Of a stretch of 44,436 nt of DNA, positions 17,901 through 25,291 are shown piece after piece. The translations under genes and the position numbers were made by a program. The DNA comes from a virus. The stretch spans positions 1 to 44,436 of the IMG/VR virus record IMGVR_UViG_3300029944_000021; one strand, 5' to 3'. The stretch's first letter is position 1. Every line of letters begins with the position of its first letter. The notes under the pieces are model-generated. The model was not told the DNA's origin. It worked only from the letters and a program-made list of their open reading frames with translations, and made no database searches.

Positions 17901-19216
17901 CTGTTGCTGCCTACGCCTGACGACTGCTCTATGCCATCGAAAAACCCTACCTGACCGGGGAATCCAGGTGCTGGCTGGGTGATGGTCGATATCGGGTAGC
18001 TGGTCTGTGGCGTCGCCGTACCGGTTTCAGAGGCTGTGGCGTGATTCGCAGCAGTAAACGAAACTTCAAACTGGGTGGTCGACAACCCAGAACCGAGGAC
18101 GATAAGCGTCTGCCCGTTCAGAAAGGATGCAACACTCAATCCAGCAAACAGTACAGGCTCTCCGGCAGTGAATACGTTATTGGCCGTTAGCGTAACGATG
18201 TTGCTGGCAACTGCCGACTGAGTGATGCTTACGGCGGCGGCGGCGGCCTGGGTGGACGCCGTGAAGACCGGGGCTGCCCCTGGGCCTATCTGAGACACGC
18301 GATCGTTCCACTGGCCCGTATACTGCTGCGGCGGGTACACGCCCTGCGATAGGTCGGATATTGCGATGTACTCTCGCGAATCAGAAGTGAAAGACGAGGC
18401 AAAGCTTCCAGACGGTGGGCCATCGAATAGAGGACTGAACACTCCCGGGTCTTCCGAAACATTCTCGAGCCAAAACTGTCCAGTGGCGTCGAGGGCCAGC
18501 GTCATAATCGTGCCGAAGTCGTCTTCGAACGTAGTTACATAGTTGAAATTGACTTGGCTGGGAACTAAAAATACCTTCTGCGCCGCGTTGCTCAGAAATA
18601 CCGTGCACGGTGCCGCAGCCGTAACCCAAAGGCGAAGGCCGAATCCGATATCGTTGATTTGCGCTGAAGTCCACGGTGAGGGAGGCCCGAACAGGTCATT
18701 TATTGCTCCTGCGGTGATCGTGGTGGCGGTTCCGCTTAATGGTCTGGTTTCAGCGTTTCCGAACGGTATGCCACCCCTGATCAACTGCATATTCAGCGTG
18801 GCCGCGCCCGTAGCTAGTGCAGTTACCGAAGGCATGAATCCTTGTGGAGTGCTGGTCGATGGCGCCGTCAGCGCAAACTCTGTGATATCGATGAATTCAG
18901 TGATCGACGTTAGCGCGCTGGACGCAAAAAATCCAGGATTACTTCCCAGAAGGTTGTTTTGATTGTTCCACGTGGAACCTACAGGGCCGGATATCTGAGG
19001 AAACGTGGTAACTGCATTTCCAGTGCCGGATACGCTGGAATCTTGGAACGTGAAGGGATTGGTCAGGCCGGGCCGCGTCAGTACCGAGCCAACCATGAAA
19101 TCGCAGTTCTGGTTACGCGGCGATGCGCCTTCTGGAAGGTCTTGCGGGGCGGCGATAGTCACCGTCCCCGAGAAGACTGAAAGCTCCGCGTTTCCCGCGC
19201 CTTGGATATTGTTCAC
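14978..19216 (-). CDS. Very large virion structural protein (candidate tail hub/nozzle or fibre-bearing protein)
   Basis: 1412-aa uninterrupted ORF, the largest in the genome, with repeated beta modules shared with the upstream 212-aa protein. Function inferred from size and position only. Confidence 0.6.
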   Translation of the reverse strand: MNNIQGAGNAELSVFSGTVTIAAPQDLPEGASPRNQNCDFMVGSVLTRPGLTNPFTFQDSSVSGTGNAVTTFPQISGPVGSTWNNQNNLLGSNPGFFASSALTSITEFIDITEFALTAPSTSTPQGFMPSVTALATGAATLNMQLIRGGIPFGNAETRPLSGTATTITAGAINDLFGPPSPWTSAQINDIGFGLRLWVTAAAPCTVFLSNAAQKVFLVPSQVNFNYVTTFEDDFGTIMTLALDATGQFWLENVSEDPGVFSPLFDGPPSGSFASSFTSDSREYIAISDLSQGVYPPQQYTGQWNDRVSQIGPGAAPVFTASTQAAAAAVSITQSAVASNIVTLTANNVFTAGEPVLFAGLSVASFLNGQTLIVLGSGLSTTQFEVSFTAANHATASETGTATPQTSYPISTITQPAPGFPGQVGFFDGIEQSSGVGSNSPGSVITIYTADANAGHFPGGDPVLTAAFNAGQPVYVFISGLPADYAFANGTQLVTGIGLATPNFAGASAQRWYLTFNVPTVAFSNAGGSVAAITGQYQITAATITTSEPVPGISIGSQVTISGTSVSNYNSTFTITQTPNSGSLEITQTQITAGSNTATYSYNVTSGANPTAGQLITITGTLNGAGNLNGVDLVIASVSGGTSGTFTIAGLPTATATLTVPEQGQGTTAGSQFVFDPGVATLGSDNDPIFGNSTGGGLVFIINENTLIGPGTRQGTVFFITRNGFWTAPAPPVTFNVPENTQAILASQIPIGPPNVIARAIVFTEGGANGVPGASFYTIPTPVTFIVQGVTFTASSLFINDNTTTTATFSFPDSTLLSSTEVDIQGGNLFNLEELPDAAWNLQYAGRTVWGRVRNQIQNFLNLSFDGGYLSTPNAKLSPLGWIQETSTGTGTLLVSPIFGNSYYINNITGATSPPQFDLIYQSAFQDINLVPILQNQTAYSVRVTCRTPSSARGGDLIIDLTALNSNGFGQQFGEFVLSLVRMTSTMQTFEGTLLTNSTLNIPSNLQLRVYGSNMPDGADIEIDRIMIFPTEDPTNLTGLTISYGQDESGGDSDPESFDQVTGIIDTQTVNNQPANGGFQLRALLYIVKESSLGFLKDTPNQEPANWSPFEEVSNVAGACGIHAYTIDKHKGAEWASMACQNGWYLFNGGAPTPIQIEIQDIWNAINWDAAEGVSICNDIPNQKMYAAIPLPTPNPWMTTAEVNAAPTSPNVILTLDYKGIGTIDELMAGMSLHMTLAGKLAVHDIRRKWSLWTIPTPFIGLVKRSELLSLVMFCNGINSSKIYFLDPTVRGFDDGVPFVSSYCTYGFIDTSKQDSLPMFGQFNKRYRFFDLLASGEGNAGLAFFQNVLAAPYPYIVPGGIDLDNPAANDIQGPLDEYAQRVFVEIGMASGWFSISRLTLSGAADSWAAIRGF

Positions 19217-19228
19217 GGCGCTCTCCGA

Positions 19229-19867
19229 CTACTGGCTCACAAATTCAGATTCCCACTCAATCGTGTCGCCTACCTGCGTGGTAAGCGCTCCAGGTGATAG
19301 TTCAACTAAGGCTGCCTGAGCCGCTGCTCCTGTGGTGAAAATCTGAATCGTGGCCGTTGTCTTGTTGTACTGGTAGACCCATCCAGACCCTCCCGTAGAC
19401 TGAATCCACTCTGTATCTGGGCCGATGACCAACACAGCATTGCCAGCCTCCGCAGCAGATGCGACGTTGGCGTGCGTGAAGGCGACGGTGAAGGTGGTTG
19501 AGCTTACCGTTGCCACTTTCAGGGTCAAGCCGTTCAGGAAGGGCAAATTGGTTAGGCTGTTGAACGTGACATACTGCCCGGCAATCAAAGTGTTGTTTAC
19601 CGTGAAGGTCACAACGTTGGTCGTCAACGCCGATAGACGGGGAGAATACACCGCAGGAACAGTGATGCCAGCCGAGAATTGGTTTACGCCATTCTGCGAC
19701 TGTAGAGGATTCAGCACGAAGGTGGCAGAGTCCCAATTTGGAAGCAATCCGCCCTGAACGTAGCTTCCTGCCGCGAATGTCAGTGATCCATGGAAACGGC
19801 GGCGCGCTGAAGAGAAGTCGTAGCCATAGGGTGCGTTGAATACAGCCTGCGTAAGAATAACTGCCAT
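19229..19867 (-). CDS. Hypothetical virion protein sharing a roughly 60-aa module with the 1412-aa protein
   Basis: VVTFTVNNTLIAGQYVTFNSLTNLPFLNGLTLKVATVSSTTFTVAFTHANVASAAEAG aligns with IVTLTANNVFTAGEPVLFAGLSVASFLNGQTLIVLGSGLSTTQFEVSFTAANHATASETG in 14978..19216. Confidence 0.55.
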   Translation of the reverse strand: MAVILTQAVFNAPYGYDFSSARRRFHGSLTFAAGSYVQGGLLPNWDSATFVLNPLQSQNGVNQFSAGITVPAVYSPRLSALTTNVVTFTVNNTLIAGQYVTFNSLTNLPFLNGLTLKVATVSSTTFTVAFTHANVASAAEAGNAVLVIGPDTEWIQSTGGSGWVYQYNKTTATIQIFTTGAAAQAALVELSPGALTTQVGDTIEWESEFVSQ

Positions 19868-19876
19868 GACTTCTCC

Positions 19877-20227
19877 TTAGAGTGCTTCTACAGCATAGAA
19901 CAGATTGTAAAGGAATGATGGATTGCTCACAGACTGCAATGCGGATCCTATAGAAATATTCGAAGAAGCTGCGCAATAAATGGCACCCGATCCAAAGTCT
20001 GAAGAACTTACGCTGCCGACATTAGAGGTATAGGACAGAGATGCATCAACCGACCAGGCAATCTCGTCGCCATTGTCGTCTCCGATACCGCTAGACGGGC
20101 TAACGATAATCGTTACCCTGTATATTCCAGCTGTGGAAACGCTGTAAATAACAGTAGGGTCAAGGTTGGATGTCTGAGATAGAAAACTTCCCTCAGCCAC
20201 GATTGTCGGCACATTGATGCAAGCCAT
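19877..20227 (-). CDS. Hypothetical virion protein
   Basis: 116-aa ORF in the operon. Confidence 0.5.
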   Translation of the reverse strand: MACINVPTIVAEGSFLSQTSNLDPTVIYSVSTAGIYRVTIIVSPSSGIGDDNGDEIAWSVDASLSYTSNVGSVSSSDFGSGAIYCAASSNISIGSALQSVSNPSFLYNLFYAVEAL

Positions 20228-20238
20228 GCGTGTATCTC

Positions 20239-21093
20239 CTATTGGAATGATCCTATCCCAAGTTGTTCGTTACCACCACCAGAAAACTCTGGTCTAAGGT
20301 TGTTGATTCTCTGGCGTGCCCTTACAACGGTCTGACGCAGGCGCAACATGCTTCGATCGGCCTGCTGGTTCAAGTCTTGCACCTGGGGCGATCCAAGGCG
20401 GCGGGCGTAGCGTACCGCGATCTTGTCGGCCACGGCTTCCTGGCAGTCTGGGATTGGAATAAAAGTCTCGCTCCAATCAGCCGATGAAATGGCGAGTGAA
20501 GCCAAGCTTCCCACGTACCTGATGCGCACGTCTCTCTGGTGGATTGATCCATTAAAGTATATGGCGTTTCCTCTCCATTCCCAGTCGTGCAGGTGTACGA
20601 CCTGGTTACGCGGTCGTAGAGCTCCTGTTGACTCTGTCATGCGAGAGAATTCGTGAACACTGTTAGATCCGCGCTCCCACAGTTCCAGCGGCTGCAAAAT
20701 ATCCGCCGGAAGGGTAAATTCAGGGTTCATATCAACGCCATCGAAGAACCCAACATTGGTCAGCGCCTGCTGCGTCTCAGGGTTCATCACGCCAACGCCC
20801 AAATTGCTGTTCACTGGCGGTAATCCAAGTAGTAAATAGTTGTCGCGAATAAATGTGGGCTGGCCCATGATCCCGCAGTCGCGGCGCACCTCGCGGATTG
20901 CGGAATTCATGAACCGGCACAGCGTTACGAATTGAGGAAGCTGCGCTGGAAGCACGCCCGACGTCAGGTTTACTAGTATCTGCCCTTCTCCGGGCGTGCC
21001 GGTAAAACCCCTCTTGTCATCATCGACAAACGAGCGCACCAGGTCTGCAATCTCTAGCAGTGATGGAAAGTTCGTCGATGGGGTGATAGCCAT
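20239..21093 (-). CDS. Hypothetical protein (candidate head-tail joining component)
   Basis: 284-aa ORF in the block between the capsid gene and the 1412-aa virion gene. Call is positional only. Confidence 0.45.
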   Translation of the reverse strand: MAITPSTNFPSLLEIADLVRSFVDDDKRGFTGTPGEGQILVNLTSGVLPAQLPQFVTLCRFMNSAIREVRRDCGIMGQPTFIRDNYLLLGLPPVNSNLGVGVMNPETQQALTNVGFFDGVDMNPEFTLPADILQPLELWERGSNSVHEFSRMTESTGALRPRNQVVHLHDWEWRGNAIYFNGSIHQRDVRIRYVGSLASLAISSADWSETFIPIPDCQEAVADKIAVRYARRLGSPQVQDLNQQADRSMLRLRQTVVRARQRINNLRPEFSGGGNEQLGIGSFQ

Positions 21094-21121
21094 TTGTTAC
21101 CTCGATTGCATCCGCAGAGAA

Positions 21122-21175
21122 CTTAGTCTTGCCGTATCACCCAGAGATTTGTGAGGAACGGCCCGAAAAACTAAG
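21122..21175 (-). other. Long imperfect intergenic hairpin (RNA processing/stability or attenuator candidate)
   Basis: Nested complementary arms cttagt/actaag (21122-27, 21170-75), gccgt/acggc (21131-35, 21158-62) and tcac/gtga (21137-40, 21151-54). Starts at the stop codon of 21171..21956. Confidence 0.4.
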
Positions 21176-21956
21176 CCCTCGCCCCCTGCGGAAGTTTGGG
21201 AGACGTTTGCGCATCCAGCCACAACGCCTGTTTCTTTTCGTCCGTGGGCGCCTTGCAGTGGATACACAGCTTTGCAGTCGGCTGAATCTTCTCGCCGCAC
21301 ACGCCGCACTCCACCTTGCCATAGTCCCGCGAAATCAAATCTGTCTGGTGCCACGTTGCCGACACGCCGAAATAGTCAGCGGCAGCCGCCGAAATGTTGT
21401 TGCGCATCCCCAGCGCCTCGTCCGCCGTCTTGGCCTTGCCCATGCGCTCCAGTTCCTTGCGGTAGCTAGTTTCCATGCGCCGGTGCGCTTTGGCTACCTC
21501 TTCGGCCAGCGGAGGATTGTTGCGGCTCCAAAATACGCCGAACTTGCCAAGGTTGTCGCCCTGATGGAACTCAGAATCAATATTGTGATCCTGGTCGCGC
21601 TCGTCGCCGTATACGCAGGGATTCATCGGGTTGACCATCTTGGTAGCTTCTTTGAATCCGTTGGTCAGCACTGCGTATTTGTTGTCGTTCTGGTCTGCGC
21701 GCTGCTCGGTGAATGGGTGCGATATCGATCCACGCGCCATGATGTACGGCTGGCCCTTAGGGCACGAACGAATCAGCATGTGCGGATGGTTCGGTGGGCG
21801 CGACTGATTGAATTCAAGCGCCGACGTGTTGTAGAAGTAGATCGCGGTTTCCTGAATGCCGAAGTCTTGATCCTGCCGGCCTAGGAATGTTGCGGCGTTG
21901 GCGATTGCGGCCTTATCCGCGCTGATGTCGTGACGTTCGATGATGTTCTCTGGCAT
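21171..21956 (-). CDS. Hypothetical protein with C-terminal zinc ribbon
   Basis: 261 aa with CGVCGEKIQPTAKLCIHC near the C-terminus. Confidence 0.55.
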   Translation of the reverse strand: MPENIIERHDISADKAAIANAATFLGRQDQDFGIQETAIYFYNTSALEFNQSRPPNHPHMLIRSCPKGQPYIMARGSISHPFTEQRADQNDNKYAVLTNGFKEATKMVNPMNPCVYGDERDQDHNIDSEFHQGDNLGKFGVFWSRNNPPLAEEVAKAHRRMETSYRKELERMGKAKTADEALGMRNNISAAAADYFGVSATWHQTDLISRDYGKVECGVCGEKIQPTAKLCIHCKAPTDEKKQALWLDAQTSPKLPQGARA

Positions 21957-22684
21957 TATATTCTCCCTTGTGCAAAGCTGCTTCCGTTCATGAGCTTAGT
22001 TACGAGTGCGGCATTCCATGCGTTTTCGATGCTGCGCGCCTTGTCCTGTATCCACTTTGAAGAACGCGCCGATGCTGATAGCTTAGCATCCTGATATACA
22101 TCCTCGACCGTCTTAGCGTACTCGGTTTCTTCATTTTCCTTGGTCTCGTCCATCGACATAAGTTTGGCCTTAAGTGATATATCCCGCGTTGCCTTGATGA
22201 TTGGCACCATCATATCGATGATCTGCGTGGATAGCGGGAAGGCATGCAAGCGAAGAATAGGAGCACCTTGCGGCGTCTTTTCGAACCACTTGGCACGGAG
22301 CGGTAGAGCGATCTGGTAGCTACCGCGGTACGGATAGCCGCCAAGCAGCGACAGTCCAGTCTTCGGGCAGCGGTTGGCCTCGTACCATGCACCATCTCCC
22401 TCAGGGTGCAGCGTAGGCATCTGGATTGACTTTCCGGCGTCTGCCCATTGCAGCAGCATCCAGTGAGGCAAGCCATCGCCCAGCAGCACATCGCGGTATC
22501 CGGTGTACCATTCTGCGTCAGCTTCCCACTGGCCGCCTTGCCGTGTGGTCTCGGTCTGAGCCCATGCAAGGCGGAAGTGAGGTTGGCCGTAGCGGTTTAG
22601 TCCACCCATGCGCGTCAATCTGTCCTGGAAGTGTTGAGGGCATTTCAGCCGCTCCACATGCCTAAGAACTGTGTTGGACAGCAT
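21956..22684 (-). CDS. Hypothetical protein
   Basis: The track ORF starts at 22747. The ATG at 22684 (MLSNTVL...) shortens the overlap with the upstream gene. Confidence 0.5.
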   Translation of the reverse strand: MLSNTVLRHVERLKCPQHFQDRLTRMGGLNRYGQPHFRLAWAQTETTRQGGQWEADAEWYTGYRDVLLGDGLPHWMLLQWADAGKSIQMPTLHPEGDGAWYEANRCPKTGLSLLGGYPYRGSYQIALPLRAKWFEKTPQGAPILRLHAFPLSTQIIDMMVPIIKATRDISLKAKLMSMDETKENEETEYAKTVEDVYQDAKLSASARSSKWIQDKARSIENAWNAALVTKLMNGSSFAQGRI

Positions 22685-23099
22685 ACGATACCCTCTGGCG
22701 CAGGTGGATGTCATGCTTGCTGACGTGGACGAACTGCTCGCCGTCAAGGGTAATCTCTTCAGCCGAATAGCGATTGAAGATCACCAGGTCATTCGGGGCA
22801 CAGTCTTTTTCGGCATCAACTTCCGGGCCAATGGCGATGACTATTCCAGCGTTGGGGTTCTTCTGCGCCACGTCGGGGATGACGAAGGTAGTGCCAGCGT
22901 AGACCGTTTCTGCGGCGTGCTGCTTGATTAGCACGCGGTCATTGAGAGGCTTTGGATCGTCGTAGACCTTCGGCGCCTCGGCGAGAAACTTGGATACTTC
23001 GGCGTCGGTTACGGCTACGCATTCCGCAACCTCTGGAGTCTCGGTACGCTCACCTTCAGCGGTGAACTTGCGTCTATCGTTAATTTCCAACTCGGGCAT
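22662..23099 (-). CDS. GroES/Cpn10-like co-chaperonin with a roughly 45-aa N-terminal extension
   Basis: PLNDRVLIK ... GIVIAIGPE ... NDLVIFNRYSAEEITLDGEQFVHVSKHDI follows the GroES pattern. The ATG at 23099 avoids overlap with the Endonuclease VII gene. Confidence 0.65.
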   Translation of the reverse strand: MPELEINDRRKFTAEGERTETPEVAECVAVTDAEVSKFLAEAPKVYDDPKPLNDRVLIKQHAAETVYAGTTFVIPDVAQKNPNAGIVIAIGPEVDAEKDCAPNDLVIFNRYSAEEITLDGEQFVHVSKHDIHLRQRVSYAVQHSS

Positions 23100-23122
23100 G
23101 TTTTCTCTCTCTGGTGAGGAAT

Positions 23123-23623
23123 TTATTTGTAACGCTCTAAGTATGCCACAGCGCGAGTAGCCCATGCTCGATCTTTATCCATCTTGTGAATCGAATGGTT
23201 ACAGATCATGCAAAGCAGACCGCGAGCCTTACCAGTTTCGTGATTATGGTCGATGGCAAATCTTGCCCTTTTTCCGGATTGGTGGTTGTGGCTACCTTCG
23301 GCTAGACAGATAGCGCAAACTCCATTCTGCTCGGATAGCTTGTTGTCGTACCACTCAGGAGATTCTCCAAACCGTCGAAGAACTCTTTCCCTGTCTAGTA
23401 GAAGGTGCTTAGCAGGATTTTCCTTTCTATCATCCTTGCGCCACCCCTTGCGGTATGCATTCATCTTGTCTTTGTTTTTCTGATAATACCGGTCATTAGA
23501 CGCGGTCATGCAAGGCTTGCAATAGGACTGAAATCCATCAAAATTGCGTCTATTATGGTGGAACCCAGTTTCTAGCGGCTTCACCTCGTTGCACTTTGGG
23601 CATTTCTTTTGCTTTGATTCCAT
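23123..23623 (-). CDS. Endonuclease VII-type (HNH-superfamily) nuclease
   Basis: CAICL ... RFAIDHNHETGKARGLLCMICNHSI is the Endonuclease_7 signature. N-terminal CPKC...CKPC zinc ribbon. Confidence 0.8.
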   Translation of the reverse strand: MESKQKKCPKCNEVKPLETGFHHNRRNFDGFQSYCKPCMTASNDRYYQKNKDKMNAYRKGWRKDDRKENPAKHLLLDRERVLRRFGESPEWYDNKLSEQNGVCAICLAEGSHNHQSGKRARFAIDHNHETGKARGLLCMICNHSIHKMDKDRAWATRAVAYLERYK

Positions 23624-23643
23624 GCGGGTTACCCTCCATTTAG

Positions 23644-23672
23644 AGAATAACCAGCACTTGCTAAATAGTCAA
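23644..23672 (-). promoter_or_regulatory. Sigma70-like promoter candidate driving the Endonuclease VII gene
   Basis: The minus strand reads TTGACT, a 17-nt spacer, then TATTCT, directly after the capsid gene stop. GGAGG lies about 8 nt before the ATG at 23623. Confidence 0.45.
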
Positions 23673-23680
23673 CCTAAATC

Positions 23681-25006
23681 TCATATTGAGGGCTGGCTCG
23701 CATTGGTCACATAGCAACCGTACCGGGGTGCACTATTGGCAAGATTGAATGACGTGACGTAAGCGAACTGGTTAGAAGTCAACCAGCCGTTACCAGCCGG
23801 ATCGGGCGTCGGCATCGTGGTGTTGCCGTTGCCGTAGTCGTAGAGCTGCAGCGAAATCAACTCGCCGATGCTCCACTGATCCGTCACCAGCATATCGATG
23901 CGGCCCAGCGGCTGCACGTAGGACAAGTGAACTTCGCGCCCTCCGAATGTGCCGTCGAAGTACTTCTTCGACACATCGGGAACGTTTCCGCCCTTACCCT
24001 CTTCGCCGCGCTGGATGTTGATCTGCTTGTTGTAGTAGGTGGTCTCAGCGATGGCTACACGCTGATCCTCGCCCATCAGGTACATCCCAGACTCCTTGCT
24101 TACGTTGGAGTCGCCCATAGCACGCCCGACGAGTGCTTCGATGCGCTGCGAGAGAGATGCAGTCACCGCGCCGCCGTTCAGGTTGATGTTGGGGGTAGAG
24201 ATGCGCGACGGGAAGGTAGCGCGGTTGATCCCAGCCTGGGTGCCGGACGTGGCCGAGTTGTTCCACGACGTGGTGCCGTAGACGCCCTGACCAATCGCGC
24301 CAGACGATCCAGCGATCATGATGAAGTCGCCTACCGCGGTGCCGGACGGCAATGCAGTCGAGAACCACAACGTTGATGTCACAGGGTCGTTGATGGAGAT
24401 GGTTGCGGTTCCGGTGCGGGCCGAACCACCCTCAGCAGCGAAGAACTGCACAACCTGGTTGTCGGTGAACGCCATTGCGCGAACTCCGGTGATAAAGCTG
24501 GTCTGGTTGCCGGTGCCCGAAGAACTGGACACGGTGCCGGTAGTAGGAATCTGCGTGATGGCTCCCGATGAGTCACCGTACATGATGCCTTCGATCCCAG
24601 CCATTGCGGAGTCAAGGGAGTTCTTCAGCTCCTCAGCCTTCAGGGAAATCAGGCCGCGCTTCTTACCGTCCGTGGCCAGCCGGGCGAGAGTCGTGATCTC
24701 GTTGACCGCATAGTGCCAGACCGGGGAGAGAACGAAGTCATTCCAGATAGAGGCATTGCCGCGCCCGAGGGAATCTCCGTTGCCGGTGCCCTGTGCGATT
24801 GCAGCGCCGCCCTGTACGCGGTACGGAACACGGAACGAAGGGCGAGTCGTCGCGCCTCCGGTCGTGGTGAACGAAACCGGAACGTTGGTGAAACGATCCT
24901 TGGCCAGCGCGTAAAGCGACTTGGACATGGGGATGAGAGAGGGGATTTTGCTTGCAAATGCTTCTACTTCAACGGATGTTACCGCTGCTTCTGTCCCGAT
25001 GGCCAT
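23681..25006 (-). CDS. Candidate major capsid protein
   Basis: 441 aa from the ATG at 25006 (GGAGA 7 nt upstream). Follows the scaffold-like gene. Call rests on position and composition; the fold was not verified. Confidence 0.6.
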   Translation of the reverse strand: MAIGTEAAVTSVEVEAFASKIPSLIPMSKSLYALAKDRFTNVPVSFTTTGGATTRPSFRVPYRVQGGAAIAQGTGNGDSLGRGNASIWNDFVLSPVWHYAVNEITTLARLATDGKKRGLISLKAEELKNSLDSAMAGIEGIMYGDSSGAITQIPTTGTVSSSSGTGNQTSFITGVRAMAFTDNQVVQFFAAEGGSARTGTATISINDPVTSTLWFSTALPSGTAVGDFIMIAGSSGAIGQGVYGTTSWNNSATSGTQAGINRATFPSRISTPNINLNGGAVTASLSQRIEALVGRAMGDSNVSKESGMYLMGEDQRVAIAETTYYNKQINIQRGEEGKGGNVPDVSKKYFDGTFGGREVHLSYVQPLGRIDMLVTDQWSIGELISLQLYDYGNGNTTMPTPDPAGNGWLTSNQFAYVTSFNLANSAPRYGCYVTNASQPSI

Positions 25007-25231
25007 GGTGATTCTCCAGACGCAACAAAGCGTCAACCTGAAAAGCTGTTATCTCTGGTAGGTTTTATGGAGAAATGTCATCGCCGGGGGATGAGCCCGA
25101 GTTACATCCGGTAGCTAAAACACTTCTTTGCTGGAATTCCGCCAGCTATATCCGTTATCTAGGAGCTAGAAAATACGGACTTGTTCGAGGAGTTCGAATC
25201 CGACCATATTCGATGTTGAACAAATAGTACC

Positions 25232-25257
25232 ACAAAGAGAAAACCGCCCGAAGGCGG
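25232..25257 (-). terminator. Intrinsic terminator candidate between the scaffold and capsid genes
   Basis: The minus strand reads CCGCC-TTCG-GGCGG followed by TTTTCTCTTTGTGG, about 35 nt after the scaffold stop codon. Confidence 0.6.
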
Positions 25258-25291
25258 CGTCTCTGCTCTGGCTATTATTCGCAGACTCCTT

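Noticed and set aside
21129-21884. 251-aa + strand ORF, and many similar ORFs in the track (for example 10492..11025, 17103..17423, 28409..29092, 40794..41330)
   Set aside because: They lie antisense or out of frame inside long, motif-bearing minus-strand genes. They have Arg/Leu/Cys-rich shadow-ORF composition and no SD.
25186-25205. T-loop-like GAGTTCGAATCCGACC upstream of the capsid gene
   Set aside because: There are no complementary stem arms around the loop, so it is probably coincidental.
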